DNA of 64,000 nucleotides from Escherichia coli (GTDB lineage Bacteria; Pseudomonadota; Gammaproteobacteria; Enterobacterales; Enterobacteriaceae): NCBI RefSeq assembly GCF_003018255.1, contig NZ_CP027440.1; one strand, 5' to 3'. Shown piece by piece: positions 20,636 to 32,483 of this stretch (position 1 is its first letter; each line of letters starts with the position of its first letter). The notes under the pieces were generated by a model. It saw only the letters and a program-made list of their open reading frames with translations, ran no database searches and was not told where the DNA came from. The position numbers and the translations under genes were made by a program.

Positions 20636-22480
20636 TTATTTTTCCGGAAATAATAATGCGTCGCGCAATAAATGATCATTTCCACGACGACGCGTAAAGC
20701 CAATGCGGTCAAAATATTCCAGGATTTGAATTGCCAGCTTTCGGCCTACGCCTAAGCGATCGCGGAAATCCGCCGCGCAGGTTGAACCACATTCCTGATC
20801 GAGATCGCGGATCATATTGGCAAATTCGACAATCCGATCGTTACGGTAATAACGATCTTTGACGATCGCAGTAATTATCCCCTGTTGCGCCGCCTGGCGT
20901 AGCGTCAGGCGCATTGCCTGCTCGTCGGTTCCCGTTTCTTTTGCCAGGTCTCGCACCCACCACGGTTCGTCACCAAACAGTGGCTCTGCTTTTTGCCAGA
21001 TGGCCTGCTGCTCTTCGCTGAAGCCCGCTTTGTGATCCGGCAGATGCAGCCAGCCGTGATGACTGAGGATGTCGCCGCTTTCGCGCATCTTTTCAATCAG
21101 CAACAGTACCAGCGCTTCATCTTCCATTGGCAACGCCATACGTCGCAGACGTTCTCGCCCAGGACCAGGTTCATCGCGATGTTGCTCATGATAAGTCGCT
21201 AATGTGTCGAGAATTTTCCGCTGCCAGCGAGCGGCAACCGGCGCATTCAACAAGCTATAACCAGCCTGAATATAGCCAGGCTGTTGCAGCAGTTCGCGCA
21301 TCCCTTCGCCGTTGAGCTGCCGTGCCCAGGCGAAATCCGCAAGGTTAACCGCTCCGCGTTCCAGATGAACAGATAACGCATCGGCATCGCTCTGCGCCCG
21401 TGCAAGAGACGCCAGCCATTGCAGATATTCCGGCTTACGCTTACCGCGACGCGGCGGGTTAAGCATCACCACACGCGCCCCCGCCAGCGTGTTGCGGGCC
21501 GAGATATCGCGCAACACTAAGCGATCGTTATCCGCCAGCCACAGCGGCGTGTCGAACACCAGCTCGGCAAGGTTATCTTCCAGCAGCGAAACGCGTCCCG
21601 TGACGTGGCTGGCGGCGTGGTGAATATGCAGCGGCTGCCACTGGGTCAGCGGTGTATGGGTTTGAAGCTCGACAATCACCCGTGTGAACGGCTCCGGCGG
21701 CGCATCGGCAAGCAGCCAGTCGCCACGGTTAATCTGCTCTTTTTCCGCATCACCCGCGATGTTAAGCGCGATACGCTGCCCGGCATGGGCAGTTTCTGTT
21801 GGCTGATTTTGCGCATGCAGCGCACGCACGCGCATCGGTTTATTTACACCAGTCAGCCAGAGTGAATCGCCTACCTTCACTTCCCCGCTTAACGCCGTAC
21901 CGGTGACGACCAGCCCGGCACCTTTTACGGTAAATGCACGGTCGATCGCGAGGCGGAAACTATGTTGGCTGGCGTGTTCGCGTTCTGGTAACTGAAGCAG
22001 ATGCTCGCGCAGGGCATCAATTCCCCGACCTTCGGTTGCTGCGGTGATAAACAGTTTTGCCTCAGCAAAACCGTATTCCCGCAGCACCTCCTTTACCTGG
22101 CGTTCAACCTCATCAACACGCGCTTCGTCCACGCGATCGGCTTTGGTCAGCGCCACTGTCAGCATCGGGTTACCAGTCAGCTGCAAAATCGCCAGATGCT
22201 CACGGGTCTGTGCCATCACACCGTCATCGCACGCCACCACCAACAGCGCGTGATCGATACCACCGACGCCCGCCAGCATGTTGGAAAGAAACTTTTCATG
22301 ACCGGGAACGTCGATAAAACCAGGCACGCGGCCATCCGGCTGCGGCCAGTAGGCATAGCCGAGATCGATAGTCATGCCGCGCTTTTTTTCTTCCGGCAGA
22401 CGATCGGCATTTACGCCAGTAATCGCCTGCAATAAGGTTGTTTTGCCGTGGTCAACGTGTCCGGCAGTCGCAATAATCAT
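20636..22480 (-). CDS. selB: Selenocysteine-specific translation elongation factor
   Basis: 614 aa; GTPase P-loop [11 protein letters not shown] at the N-terminus; winged-helix C-terminal extension. Confidence 0.9.
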   Translation of the reverse strand: MIIATAGHVDHGKTTLLQAITGVNADRLPEEKKRGMTIDLGYAYWPQPDGRVPGFIDVPGHEKFLSNMLAGVGGIDHALLVVACDDGVMAQTREHLAILQLTGNPMLTVALTKADRVDEARVDEVERQVKEVLREYGFAEAKLFITAATEGRGIDALREHLLQLPEREHASQHSFRLAIDRAFTVKGAGLVVTGTALSGEVKVGDSLWLTGVNKPMRVRALHAQNQPTETAHAGQRIALNIAGDAEKEQINRGDWLLADAPPEPFTRVIVELQTHTPLTQWQPLHIHHAASHVTGRVSLLEDNLAELVFDTPLWLADNDRLVLRDISARNTLAGARVVMLNPPRRGKRKPEYLQWLASLARAQSDADALSVHLERGAVNLADFAWARQLNGEGMRELLQQPGYIQAGYSLLNAPVAARWQRKILDTLATYHEQHRDEPGPGRERLRRMALPMEDEALVLLLIEKMRESGDILSHHGWLHLPDHKAGFSEEQQAIWQKAEPLFGDEPWWVRDLAKETGTDEQAMRLTLRQAAQQGIITAIVKDRYYRNDRIVEFANMIRDLDQECGSTCAADFRDRLGVGRKLAIQILEYFDRIGFTRRRGNDHLLRDALLFPEK

Positions 22481-23868
22481 TTCAACAACATCTCCAAAAA
22501 CCGTTGCTCATCTTCAAGGCAGCGTAAATCCAGCCACAATCGTCCGTCATAAATACGACCAATCACCGGCACTGGCAATTCACGCCAGCGGGCGGCTAAT
22601 GACTCAAGGTGGCTACCGCGTCCATCATGGGGTGTAAACGTTAATGCCGCGCTCGGCAGGCGATCAACCGGCAGTGAACCACTGCCAATCTGCGAAAGAC
22701 ATGGCATAACCTGGACTGCAAACTCCGCGCCGTAATGTGCGGCAAGGGGAGCCTGTAAACGTTGTGCCTGGATTTGAATGACCTCTGCGCTGCGGGTAAG
22801 CAGGCGCAGGGTCGGTAATTTTTCACTCAGAGCTTCAGGGTGTAAATAAAGACGCAACGTGGCTTCCAGCGCCGCGAGGGTCATTTTATCCGCGCGTAAT
22901 GCACGCTTCAGCGGGTGGCTTTGCAGGCGGGCGATCATCTCTTTTTTACCAACAATAATTCCTGCCTGCGGCCCGCCTAACAACTTGTCACCGGAGAAAC
23001 TCACCAGACTGACGCCCGCCGCAATCAACTCCTGCGGCATTGGCTCTTTCGGCAAACCGTACTGGCTAAGATCAACCAGCGAGCCACTGCCTAAATCAGT
23101 CACTACGGGAACATCCAGCTCTTTGCCGAGCGCCACCAGTTCCGCTTCATCTATCGCTTTGGTGAATCCCTGAATGCTGTAGTTACTGGTATGTACTTTC
23201 ATCAACAGCGCGGTATTTTCATTCACCGCCTGACGATAATCATTAGCGTGCGTGCGGTTGGTGGTCCCCACTTCGTGTAGGGTGCAGCCTGCCTGACGCA
23301 TGACATCAGGAATACGAAACGCGCCGCCAATCTCCACCAGTTCGCCGCGAGATACCACCACCTCTTTCCCGCTGGCAGTGGCCGCCAACATCAATAACAC
23401 CGCCGCCGCATTGTTATTAACGATACAGGCATCTTCCGCTCCCGTAATGCGGCACAGCAGCTGCGCCAGCGCCCGATCGCGATGTCCGCGTCCGGCGTCG
23501 TCCAGATCGTACTCGAGGGTCACTGGCGAACGCATAGCCTGCGCAACGGCTTCCACCGCGGCTTCTGCCTGTAAAGCTCGCCCAAGATTGGTATGCAGCA
23601 CGGTTCCCGTCAGGTTGATCACCGGACGCAGCGCGCTCTGCGCCTCTTTCGTCAACCGGGCATCGACTTCTTGCGCCCAGTTTTCACACCATGCGGGCAG
23701 CGTCTGGCTATCACGAATCACTTCTCGCGCTTCGTCAAGCATCTGACGCAGCAATTCCACCACGCGGGTGTGACCATAAGTATCACGCAAAGAAAGGAAG
23801 GAGCTATCGCGCAATAAGCGATCAATAGCCGGAAGTTGACTATAGAGGGAACGCGTTTCGGTTGTCAT
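22477..23868 (-). CDS. selA: L-seryl-tRNA(Sec) selenium transferase
   Basis: 463 aa; overlaps the selB start by 4 nt (operon); PLP-enzyme-like sequence. Confidence 0.9.
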   Translation of the reverse strand: MTTETRSLYSQLPAIDRLLRDSSFLSLRDTYGHTRVVELLRQMLDEAREVIRDSQTLPAWCENWAQEVDARLTKEAQSALRPVINLTGTVLHTNLGRALQAEAAVEAVAQAMRSPVTLEYDLDDAGRGHRDRALAQLLCRITGAEDACIVNNNAAAVLLMLAATASGKEVVVSRGELVEIGGAFRIPDVMRQAGCTLHEVGTTNRTHANDYRQAVNENTALLMKVHTSNYSIQGFTKAIDEAELVALGKELDVPVVTDLGSGSLVDLSQYGLPKEPMPQELIAAGVSLVSFSGDKLLGGPQAGIIVGKKEMIARLQSHPLKRALRADKMTLAALEATLRLYLHPEALSEKLPTLRLLTRSAEVIQIQAQRLQAPLAAHYGAEFAVQVMPCLSQIGSGSLPVDRLPSAALTFTPHDGRGSHLESLAARWRELPVPVIGRIYDGRLWLDLRCLEDEQRFLEMLLK

Positions 23869-23965
23869 AGGAAACCTGGCTGATCAAGGCCCTCTCACAC
23901 GGAGAAGGGCGTTTAACATAACCACGGATTGTAACGTGAGATGGGTCAGGAGGACATATCGCGCA

Positions 23966-24574
23966 TCAAGCCTTTGGCGGTTCGGTGCGAGCAAAACTTT
24001 CGCGGCTAAACAGGTTTTCGACCAGTTTGACTAAGTGTGGGCGGTCGACACACCAGCCTGGCGCAACGCGGCGGAAATTGAGATATCCGACGGCACAGGC
24101 AATGGCGATAGTCGCCAGATTGACCGTATCGGTTTTGAGCGTGCCATCGACCAGATATCCTTCCAGCACATCCAGACTGCGGTTGATTTTCTCGCGCTGG
24201 CGTAACAATTCATCTTCAGACTGCTGCGCCGCTGGACGCGCCTGTTCACGCACCGATACCAGCCCGGCATCCATAATGCCATCCGCCAGTGCCTCAATTT
24301 TGCGCACCCGCAACGACTCCAGCGGATCGCGCGGCAACATCGCCGGAGCGACATTCATTAATTCAATATATTCAGCGATGATCGGCGAATCAAACCAGCA
24401 TTCGCCCTCTTCGGTCACCAGCACCGGCACTTTCCCTAACGGGTTAAATTGCGCCACGCCGTTATCCGCGTTATAGGGCAGTTCATTAATAAATTCGAAA
24501 GTTATGCCCTTTTCTAACAACAGAATAGAAAGTTTGCGTACAAACGGGCTGGTGTAGCTACCGACGAGTTTCAT
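23966..24574 (-). CDS. yibF: Glutathione S-transferase family protein
   Basis: 202 aa, GST N- and C-domain-like; divergent from the rhs element. Confidence 0.8.
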
Positions 24575-24802
24575 GCCGAGTCCTTTGTGCGAGGAAAAAT
24601 ATCAGTATGGCCTGGTGATAGGAAAAAGGGCAGAAAATGTTGATGGTTTGTTACTTCCCAATAAATCACATATTTATCATGGTGATATAAATATTTTCCT
24701 AATTGTTCTTATCTGACAGATATCTCACTTAAGGCTTTCTTATAAATCTGTAGGGTTTCGCCTGTCAGCAGACAAATAACCCGATAAAACAAGGATGAGC
24801 AG

Positions 24803-25141
24803 ATGAGCGGAAAACCGGCGGCGCGCCAGGGCGACATGACGCAGTATGGCGGTAGCATTGTCCAGGGTTCAGCCGGGGTGCGCATCGGTGCCCCCACCGG
24901 CGTGGCCTGTTCGGTGTGCCCCGGCGGGGTGACGTCCGGCCATCCGGTCAATCCGCTGCTCGGTGCGAAGGTCCTTCCCGGCGAAACCGACCTTGCCCTG
25001 CCCTGCCCGGCCCGCTGCCGTTCATCCTCTCCCGCACCTACAGCAGTTACCGGACAAAAACGCCCGCGCCGATGGGGAGCCTCGGCCCCGGCTGGAAAAT
25101 GCCTGCGGATATCCGCTTACAGCTGCGCGATAACACACTGA
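24803..25141 (+). pseudogene. rhs N-terminal fragment carrying the PAAR motif, out of frame with the rhs body
   Basis: Begins MSGKPAARQGDMTQYGG… (PAARxGD motif); after …GETDLALP the frame departs from the conserved Rhs sequence and stops at 25141; the conserved sequence continues in another frame (next feature). Confidence 0.6.
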
Positions 25142-28100
25142 TACTCAGTGATAACGGCGGCAGAAGCCTGTATTTTGAGCACCTGTTTCCCGGTGAGGAC
25201 GGTTACAGCCGCAGCGAGTCACTCTGGCTGGTGCGCGGCGGCGTGGCGAAACTGGATGAAGGTCACCGGCTGGCCGCACTCTGGCAGGCGCTGCCGGAAG
25301 AGCTTCGCCTGAGTCCGCATCGTTATCTGGCGACGAACAGTCCGCAGGGGCCGTGGTGGGTATTCGGCTGGTGTGAGCGGGTGCCGGAGGCGGATGAGGT
25401 GCTGCCTGCGCCGCTGCCGCCGTACCGGATACTGACCGGGCTGGTGGACCGCTTCGGGCGCACACAGACGTTTCACCGTGAGGCTGGCGGCGAATTCAGC
25501 GGCGAAATCACCGGCGTGACCGACGGCGCAGGCCGTCACTTCCGGCTGGTACTGACCACGCAGGCGCTGCGGGCAGAAGAGGCCCGGCAGAAGGCCACTT
25601 CCGGCGGGACGGAACCGTCCGCTTTTCCTGATACCCAGCCGGACTACACGGAATATGGCCGGGACAACGGTATCCGTCTGTCTGCCGTGTGGCTGACGCA
25701 CGACCCGGAATACCCGGAGAATTTACCTGCCGCGCCGCTGGTACGCTATGGCTGGACGCCGCGCGGCGAACTGGCGGCGGTGTATGACCGCAGCAATACA
25801 CAGGTGCGCAGCTTTACTTACGATGATAAATACCGGGGCCGGATGGTGGCGCACCGTCACACGGGCCGGCCGGAAATCCGTTACCGTTACGACAGTGACG
25901 GGCGGGTGACAGAACAGCTAAACCCGGCAGGCTTAAGCTACACGTATCAGTATGAGAAAGACCACATCACCATCACCGACAGCCTGGACCGCCGTGAAGT
26001 GCTGCACACGCAGGGCGAAGGCGGGCTGAAGCGGGTGGTGAAAAAGGAACACGCGGACGGCAGCGTCACGCAGAGTCAGTTTGACGCGGTGGGCAGGCTT
26101 AAGGCACAGACGGATGCCGCAGGCCGGACGACTGAGTACAGCCCGGATGTGGTGACCGGACTCATCACGCGCATCACCACGCCGGATGGCAGGGCATCGG
26201 CGTTTTACTATAACCACCACAGCCAGTTAACGTCAGCCACCGGGACTGACGGGCTGGAGTTGCGCAGGGAATATGATGAATCCGGCCGTCTGATTCAGGA
26301 AACTGCCCCTGACGGCGATATCACCCGCTACCGTTATGATAATCCACACAGTGACTTACCCTGCGCAACGGACGATGCCACCGGCAGCCGGAAAACCATG
26401 ACATGGAGCCGTTACGGTCAGTTGCTGACCGTCACTGACTGTTCCGGTTATGTAACCCGTTATGACCATGACCGTTTTGGTCAGATGACGGCGGCGCACC
26501 GCGAGGAAGGGCTGAGTCAGTATCGCGCATACGACAGCCGTGGACAGTTAATTGCGGTGAAAGACATGCAGGGCCATGAAACGCGGTATGAATACAACGC
26601 CGCCGGTGACCTGACCGCCGTCATTGCCCCGGACGGCAGCAGAAACGGGACACAGTACGATACGTGGGGAAAGGCCATCCGTACCACGCAGGGTGGTCTG
26701 ACGCGCAGTATGGAATACGATGCTGCCGGACGGGTCATCCGCCTGACCAGTGAAAACGGCAGCCACACCACCTTCCGTTACGATGTACTCGACCGGCTGA
26801 TACAGGAAACCGGCTTTGACGGCCGCACACAGCGTTATCATCACGACCTGACCGGTAAACTTATCCGCAGCGAGGATGAGGGGCTGGTCACCCACTGGCA
26901 CTATGACGAAGCAGACCGCATCACGCACCGCACCGTGAAGGGTGAAACCGCAGAACAGTGGCGGTACGACGAACGCGGCTGGCTGACACAAATCAGCCAT
27001 CTCAGCGAAGGCCACCGGGTGACGGTGCATTACGGGTATGATGAGAAAGGCCGCCTGACCGGTGAGCGCCAGACGGTGCATCACCCGCAGACGGAAGCAC
27101 TGCTCTGGCAGCATGAGACCAGACATGCGTACAACGCGCAGGGACTGGCGAACCGCTGTATACCGGACAGCCTGCCCGCCGTGGAATGGCTGACTTACGG
27201 CAGCGGCTGGCTGGCAGGCATGAAACTCGGCGACACACCGCTGGTGGATTTCACCCGCGACCGCCTGCACCGGGAAACGCTGCGCAGCTTCGGCCGTTAT
27301 GAACTCACCACCGCTTATACCTCTGCCGGGCAGTTACAGAGCCAGCACCTGAACAGCCTGCAGTATGACCGCGATTACACCTGGAACGACAACGGCGAAC
27401 TCATCCGCATCAGCAGCCCGCGACAGACCCGGAGTTACAGCTACAGCGACTCCGGCAGGCTGACCGGCGTCCACACCACCACCTCAAATCTGGATATCCG
27501 CATCCCGTATGCCACGGACCCGGCAGGCAACCGCCTGCCCGACCCGGAGCTGCACCCGGACAGCACCCTCAGCATGTGGCCGGATAACCGTATCGCCCGT
27601 GACGCGCACTATCTTTACCGGTATGACCGTCACGGCAGGCTGACAGAGAAAACCGACCTCATCCCGGAAGGGGTTATCCGCACGGATGATGAGCGGACTC
27701 ACCGGTACCATTACGACAGCCGGCACCGGCTGGTGCACTACACGCGGACACAATATGCAGAGCCGCTGGTCGAAAGTCGCTATCTTTACGACCCGCTGGG
27801 CCGCAGGGTGGCAAAACGGGTATGGCGGCGTGAACGGGACCTGACGGGCTGGATGTCGCTGTCACGGAAACCGGAAGTGACCTGGTACGGCTGGGACGGC
27901 GACCGGCTGACCACGATACAGAACGACAGAACCCGCATCCAGACGGTTTATCAGCCGGGGAGCTTCACGCCACTCATCAGGGTCGAAACCGCCACCGGAG
28001 AGCTGGCGAAAACGCAGCGCCGCAGCCTGGCGGATGCCCTTCAGCAGTCCGGCGGCGAAGACGGTGGCAGTGTGGTGTTCCCGCCGGTGCTGGTGCAGAT

Positions 28101-28950
28101 GCTCGACCGGCTGGAAAGTGAAATCCTGGCTGACCGGGTGAGTGAGGAAAGCCGCCGCTGGCTGGCATCGTGCGGCCTGACGGTGGAGCAGATACAAAAC
28201 CAGATGGACCCGGTGTACACGCCGGCGCGAAAAATCCACCTGTACCACTGCGACCATCGCGGCCTGCCGCTGGCGCTTGTCAGCACGGAAGGGGCAACAG
28301 AATGGTGCGCAGAATACGATGAATGGGGCAACCTGCTGAATGAAGAGAACCCGCACCAGCTGCAGCAGCTCATCCGCCTGCCGGGTCAGCAGTATGATGA
28401 GGAGTCCGGCCTCTATTACAACCGCCACCGCTATTATGACCCGCTGCAGGGGCGGTATATCACTCAGGATCCGATTGGGCTGAAGGGGGGATGGAATTTT
28501 TATCAGTATCCGTTGAATCCGGTATCTGGTTTCGATCCATTAGGGTTAAAAGTGTCTTTTCAGGGAGATGAAAGTACACAAAAAACTTTAAAAGAAGCAT
28601 ATAAAGCTGTAGCAGAAACAAAGTTTGGACATAAAATAACAGAAGAATTAGAGTCATCAGAGCATGAATATATATTTAGAGGATTAAGAAAAGGCATAAA
28701 CCAAACATGCTACGATGATACTGAATATAGTTTTTACATTGATATTGATAACGACCATAGCTCATGTGTATATCAAGGAAAAAACAAAGCATGTGCCATG
28801 AAACCCACTCTGTTGAGTGTGGTTCTTGCGCATGAAATGGGGCATGCAAAGGGAATGAAAGACGATGGAACTGACTCGATGGCTAATGTTGATAAATATG
28901 AAAACCCATTTCGTAAAGAGTTGGGCTTGCCAGCAAGAATGAAATATTAA
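24916..28950 (+). CDS. rhsA: Rhs-family YD-repeat protein body with a variable C-terminal HExxH (zincin-like) toxin tip; N-terminal region frameshifted
   Basis: 1344-aa ORF with many YD/RHS repeats (YRYDxxGR…), a conserved core ending at …[16 protein letters not shown] (DPxGL boundary motif), then an AT-rich roughly 134-aa tip containing [11 protein letters not shown]. Symbol given by position (yibF side) only. Confidence 0.8.
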   Translation: MPRRGDVRPSGQSAARCEGPSRRNRPCPALPGPLPFILSRTYSSYRTKTPAPMGSLGPGWKMPADIRLQLRDNTLILSDNGGRSLYFEHLFPGEDGYSRSESLWLVRGGVAKLDEGHRLAALWQALPEELRLSPHRYLATNSPQGPWWVFGWCERVPEADEVLPAPLPPYRILTGLVDRFGRTQTFHREAGGEFSGEITGVTDGAGRHFRLVLTTQALRAEEARQKATSGGTEPSAFPDTQPDYTEYGRDNGIRLSAVWLTHDPEYPENLPAAPLVRYGWTPRGELAAVYDRSNTQVRSFTYDDKYRGRMVAHRHTGRPEIRYRYDSDGRVTEQLNPAGLSYTYQYEKDHITITDSLDRREVLHTQGEGGLKRVVKKEHADGSVTQSQFDAVGRLKAQTDAAGRTTEYSPDVVTGLITRITTPDGRASAFYYNHHSQLTSATGTDGLELRREYDESGRLIQETAPDGDITRYRYDNPHSDLPCATDDATGSRKTMTWSRYGQLLTVTDCSGYVTRYDHDRFGQMTAAHREEGLSQYRAYDSRGQLIAVKDMQGHETRYEYNAAGDLTAVIAPDGSRNGTQYDTWGKAIRTTQGGLTRSMEYDAAGRVIRLTSENGSHTTFRYDVLDRLIQETGFDGRTQRYHHDLTGKLIRSEDEGLVTHWHYDEADRITHRTVKGETAEQWRYDERGWLTQISHLSEGHRVTVHYGYDEKGRLTGERQTVHHPQTEALLWQHETRHAYNAQGLANRCIPDSLPAVEWLTYGSGWLAGMKLGDTPLVDFTRDRLHRETLRSFGRYELTTAYTSAGQLQSQHLNSLQYDRDYTWNDNGELIRISSPRQTRSYSYSDSGRLTGVHTTTSNLDIRIPYATDPAGNRLPDPELHPDSTLSMWPDNRIARDAHYLYRYDRHGRLTEKTDLIPEGVIRTDDERTHRYHYDSRHRLVHYTRTQYAEPLVESRYLYDPLGRRVAKRVWRRERDLTGWMSLSRKPEVTWYGWDGDRLTTIQNDRTRIQTVYQPGSFTPLIRVETATGELAKTQRRSLADALQQSGGEDGGSVVFPPVLVQMLDRLESEILADRVSEESRRWLASCGLTVEQIQNQMDPVYTPARKIHLYHCDHRGLPLALVSTEGATEWCAEYDEWGNLLNEENPHQLQQLIRLPGQQYDEESGLYYNRHRYYDPLQGRYITQDPIGLKGGWNFYQYPLNPVSGFDPLGLKVSFQGDESTQKTLKEAYKAVAETKFGHKITEELESSEHEYIFRGLRKGINQTCYDDTEYSFYIDIDNDHSSCVYQGKNKACAMKPTLLSVVLAHEMGHAKGMKDDGTDSMANVDKYENPFRKELGLPARMKY

Positions 28951-29007
28951 ACATTTTTATATTGCTTTTGGGTATGTTTTTAATATATCACCAGTTTAGG
29001 AGATGGT

Positions 29008-29418
29008 ATGAAAGTATGTCTGTATTTTATTTCCGTATTTTTTTCATCTTGCTGTATAGCTGATGTTTTCCATTATAGGATGCCTTTTCGCATCCAAACA
29101 TATTCCCCTGTCACTAAAAGTAAAATTGAAAATTTTGCAATAAAAGATGGTGCACAAAAATTATTACAGATAAATCGTGAGAAGTTATTAATGTTACTGA
29201 ACAGGTCTAGTAATGAGTGTTACCATTTTGATGATAAAAATGTTAGGATTTATATTATTGATGGTAAAGACAGATATTATATTGATAAAAACGGGGTGGT
29301 GTCATATGGCGTTCAAGATAATGTCATATGCTCTAATAATAAAATTAATGAAGATTCCATAGAAAAAATTTTATTAGAAGGGAATATTGACTTTTGGAAA
29401 AAACTGAAAATTAAGTGA
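29008..29418 (+). CDS. Putative cognate immunity protein of the Rhs C-terminal toxin (hypothetical)
   Basis: 136-aa ORF 57 bp after the rhs stop, AT-rich, hydrophobic N-terminus (MKVCLYFISVFFSSCC); the usual position for Rhs immunity genes. Confidence 0.55.
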   Translation: MKVCLYFISVFFSSCCIADVFHYRMPFRIQTYSPVTKSKIENFAIKDGAQKLLQINREKLLMLLNRSSNECYHFDDKNVRIYIIDGKDRYYIDKNGVVSYGVQDNVICSNNKINEDSIEKILLEGNIDFWKKLKIK

Positions 29419-29442
29419 AATGAACGAAAGAGAAAATTAACA

Positions 29443-29469
29443 ATGAGCGGAAAACCAGCGGTATACTAA
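29443..29469 (+). other. Vestigial rhs 5' end (8-codon remnant MSGKPAVY*)
   Basis: atgagcggaaaaccagcgg matches the rhs start at 24803 (atgagcggaaaaccggcgg) at 18 of 19 nt, then diverges to a stop. Confidence 0.6.
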
Positions 29470-29518
29470 GGCGATGCCATGTTGAAAGATAGTCCAATAG
29501 TCTAAAGTGGAGAACTCA

Positions 29519-29782
29519 ATGAAGCAAACCGGACGAGGCTTGCTTAACAGTCCTGGAGCAACCAATAGAAAACCTAATGGTATACGTTTAGTACCGTCAG
29601 CAAATACAGAAACGTATAATCGTGATGGATTTTTAACACATAGTTGTTTAAACGCTTTTGGTCCATCTTTAGGACCTCGATTCTGTTCCGAGGGTTGTAT
29701 AACTGGTTCATCTAATGACATGCAAAAATTAAATGAGCTAATATTTTCAGAGCCAGATAGCACATTAACAGTGACGGACTAG
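29519..29782 (+). CDS. Hypothetical small protein (candidate orphan toxin/effector module)
   Basis: 87 aa from the ATG at 29519 (GGAG RBS); the ORF-track frame starts at a GTG at 29507; lies just after the rhs-start remnant; no recognisable motif. Confidence 0.4.
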   Translation: MKQTGRGLLNSPGATNRKPNGIRLVPSANTETYNRDGFLTHSCLNAFGPSLGPRFCSEGCITGSSNDMQKLNELIFSEPDSTLTVTD

Positions 29783-29786
29783 AAAT

Positions 29787-30308
29787 ATGGCAAGGTTATT
29801 AACAATTGTGCTTTTTTTCTCTATTTCTGCGAATGCAGTTACTGTAAACCAATTTCAGAGAGAGTTGGATTTGGCAGACAAGACAATATTATGGGCACTA
29901 ATATCAGCCAGTACCCAAGAGGGACGAAAAGCGTGTTCACTTAGCTATTTTTCATGTAAAGCCGCAGAGGCTGAACTCGGACTGGCATATATGGCTGCTA
30001 ATGATAACAAGGCATTTCTCACATCCTTATCTAGAATAATGATGTACAAAATAGATGCTGGACTTTCCGAATCCTATACATGCTATTTATTAAGCAAGGG
30101 AAAGATCATAAGACCATATCTGAAGAATCTAAATCCACACCAACTTGTCGCTGATTGCATTGAAACTGTAAATAAAATAAAAGATAAAAATAAAAAAATC
30201 ATTGATATAGATTCAGTTAATATTTGTAATGATAATAAAAATATAAATTGGAGAGTTAATAGTACTATTGTAGCCATTGACGATTCTATAAAATGCATCG
30301 ATGAATAA
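29787..30308 (+). CDS. Hypothetical secreted protein (candidate orphan immunity protein)
   Basis: 173 aa, signal peptide with ANA cleavage site (MARLLTIVLFFSISANA), cysteine-containing, AT-rich; tightly coupled to the preceding ORF. Confidence 0.5.
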   Translation: MARLLTIVLFFSISANAVTVNQFQRELDLADKTILWALISASTQEGRKACSLSYFSCKAAEAELGLAYMAANDNKAFLTSLSRIMMYKIDAGLSESYTCYLLSKGKIIRPYLKNLNPHQLVADCIETVNKIKDKNKKIIDIDSVNICNDNKNINWRVNSTIVAIDDSIKCIDE

Positions 30309-30494
30309 CAACTTAATTATATTTAAAAACATATTAATAACTCACTCTCCAGGAGTTTTTTAACTTAGTGTTATAATGAATACGATAATTAAAAGTGAAG
30401 AGAAAAATAGTTGTATACATATATTCCATGAACCTACATTGTGATCTATAACTTAAATATTTTTAAATGTGACTGTCATCCTTCAGATAATAAA

Positions 30495-30663
30495 GCCATC
30501 ATCGCAATAGATGGAAAAGCACTCCTGCTCTTTTTTGATTAGAGCCGTGGCAGAGGAACAACTCATATCATCATTGCGATCTCGACAATGTATAGTCTGA
30601 TCCTTCGGCAGATCAAGACGGATAAAAAATCCAATGAGTTCACACTCATCCCGAACTTCTTAA
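30495..30663 (+). mobile_element. Degenerate remnant of an ISAs1-family (H-repeat) transposase gene
   Basis: In-frame translation [56 protein letters not shown] resembles the AIDGKTLR… and …QIKTDEKSNEITAIPELL… segments of ISAs1/H-repeat transposases as I recall them; interrupted by stops. Confidence 0.45.
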
Positions 30664-30764
30664 CATAATGGATATTAACGAAAAATCATCACAGCCGATG
30701 AAATAATATGCAAAAATAATTAGTCCTTACAAGGAGCAAAGTTCCATAATCTCCCCCCTCCCCC

Positions 30765-31901
30765 TCAATGATCCAAATAAAGATAATGCATCCAACTGGT
30801 CATTCTCAGCAGCACTTTCCGCATCACCGAAACATGGCTGAAATGGTCGGAGTAAACTGCCACTTGGGCGTAGATGCCGTCGGGTAAGGCATCGATATCA
30901 TCGTTAGGGTCCAGTTCAATGGTTCCCAGCACACCGTCCGTGCCAGGCACGACCGTTAATGATTGCAATACCCCCTGCGCCTGATAAGAACCGCCTGGCA
31001 CGACAGGTAAAATACTAGTCAGTTTGCCGTGAAACACCTGCCCAGGTAGCGCGTTAAACACCACTTCCGCATCATCGCCGGGTTTCAGACGTAACAGCGA
31101 GTTTTGCCGAAATTGGGCGACAATTTGCCGTTTTTGCTCGGGGATGAAAACCATCACCGGACGCAACGGCAAGGCAGCTGCGTATGTACCTGGGCGGATC
31201 AGTACCTGAGTAACGTAGCCATTGCTTGGTGCGCGAATGACAGTCTGCTCAAGGTTATATTTTGCTTCAGTAAGTTGCGCTCTTAAGCTCACAATCTGCG
31301 ATTGCTCGCCGTTAACCATACTGTCGAGCTGGCTCTGGATCTGCGCCTGCTCCGCCACCGAGCCTTTCACCAGCGCGTCCTGCGCGAGGAAATTTTGCCG
31401 CGCATCGTCGATGTCACGTTCCGAGAACGGATTCACCGCCGCCTGGCTGCCTTTCAGGTAACGTTGATAATTTTTAAACAGACGGTCGCGCTCCGCTGAA
31501 ACCTGGGTGGTGTTGGCCTGCGCTTCAGTGAGCTGCGCGCGCAGCGTCTTTATATTATGCGTCGCCGTCATCAGGTCAGCCTGAAGTCTGTCAACTCGCG
31601 CCTGGTAACGAACCGGGTCGAGCTTAAAAAGCACCTCGCCCTTTTGAATAAGCTGATTATTTTTGTCGGTGACTTCAGTAACAATTCCCGTCACCTGTGG
31701 CGTGATGGGGATCGCTATCACTGCCTTTTGCGCGGTAAAAGTGTAAGGGTGGTTGTAGTTCATCAACAAAATCAAACCACTCACCAGAAACACGCCTCCC
31801 AGCGCCGCGGTCGCCAGCGTCCACTGATTCACCGGAATGCGGAAGATTTTAAAGACCGCCCACGCCAGCGCCACGTAAGTTAAAACAATCAATAGATCCA
31901 T
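30765..31901 (-). CDS. yibH: HlyD-family membrane-fusion-like protein (paralog of yiaV)
   Basis: 378 aa, collinear with and about 80% identical to the protein at 14213..15349. Confidence 0.8.
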   Translation of the reverse strand: MDLLIVLTYVALAWAVFKIFRIPVNQWTLATAALGGVFLVSGLILLMNYNHPYTFTAQKAVIAIPITPQVTGIVTEVTDKNNQLIQKGEVLFKLDPVRYQARVDRLQADLMTATHNIKTLRAQLTEAQANTTQVSAERDRLFKNYQRYLKGSQAAVNPFSERDIDDARQNFLAQDALVKGSVAEQAQIQSQLDSMVNGEQSQIVSLRAQLTEAKYNLEQTVIRAPSNGYVTQVLIRPGTYAAALPLRPVMVFIPEQKRQIVAQFRQNSLLRLKPGDDAEVVFNALPGQVFHGKLTSILPVVPGGSYQAQGVLQSLTVVPGTDGVLGTIELDPNDDIDALPDGIYAQVAVYSDHFSHVSVMRKVLLRMTSWMHYLYLDH

Positions 31902-31903
31902 AT

Positions 31904-32266
31904 TTAGATCTCCGGGAACGTGGAATAGTCAGTCTTTTTCTCGGCGGCGAGTTGATGCTCCAGCCGGGAAATTCGGTCAGAAAGTGCGGCGATTTCCGGG
32001 TCAGTCGCTTTCTCCTGCGACGCAACATGTGACTGCATACCCCAGCCACGCTCCGGTTGATAGAGCGTCGCCCAGATCCACAGGAACGGCCAGATAACAT
32101 GCAGAGTAAACAGGCTCACCCAGCCCGCCGTATGAATAGCGTCGGCATGGGGATGATTGCGCTTTTTGGCAATCAGATATGGGATGTCATGTATCGCGAT
32201 GATTCCATAAAAAATCACCAGAAAGACGAAGATCAGCACTCCCAACGCGAAATAGTTTAGAAACAT
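31904..32266 (-). CDS. yibI: DUF3302-type small inner-membrane protein (paralog of yiaW)
   Basis: 120 aa, [23 protein letters not shown]…; paired with yibH. Confidence 0.8.
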   Translation of the reverse strand: MFLNYFALGVLIFVFLVIFYGIIAIHDIPYLIAKKRNHPHADAIHTAGWVSLFTLHVIWPFLWIWATLYQPERGWGMQSHVASQEKATDPEIAALSDRISRLEHQLAAEKKTDYSTFPEI

Positions 32267-32483
32267 ATCTGCCTCGGATTCACGTTTATCAGTGTTGTTT
32301 TTTGGCTGGCAGCCAGAAGGGAGTCAGGCTGATATTTTGACAATAATCCGGGTTCGCGATTCTCGCCATAACACCAAAGAATAATTTTTAGAGGTGATGA
32401 GTTGCTTAGTTACATAACGATTTTATGACGAAGGCATAACATGCTGTAGATCACATCAGGTGAACGCCGTAAGAAAATATCTT

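Noticed and set aside
25145-28428. Multiple minus-strand ORFs (up to 240 aa) inside the rhs body
   Set aside because: The GC-rich rhs core has few stops in several frames; the plus-strand frame carries the conserved YD-repeat sequence, so these are mirror-frame artefacts.
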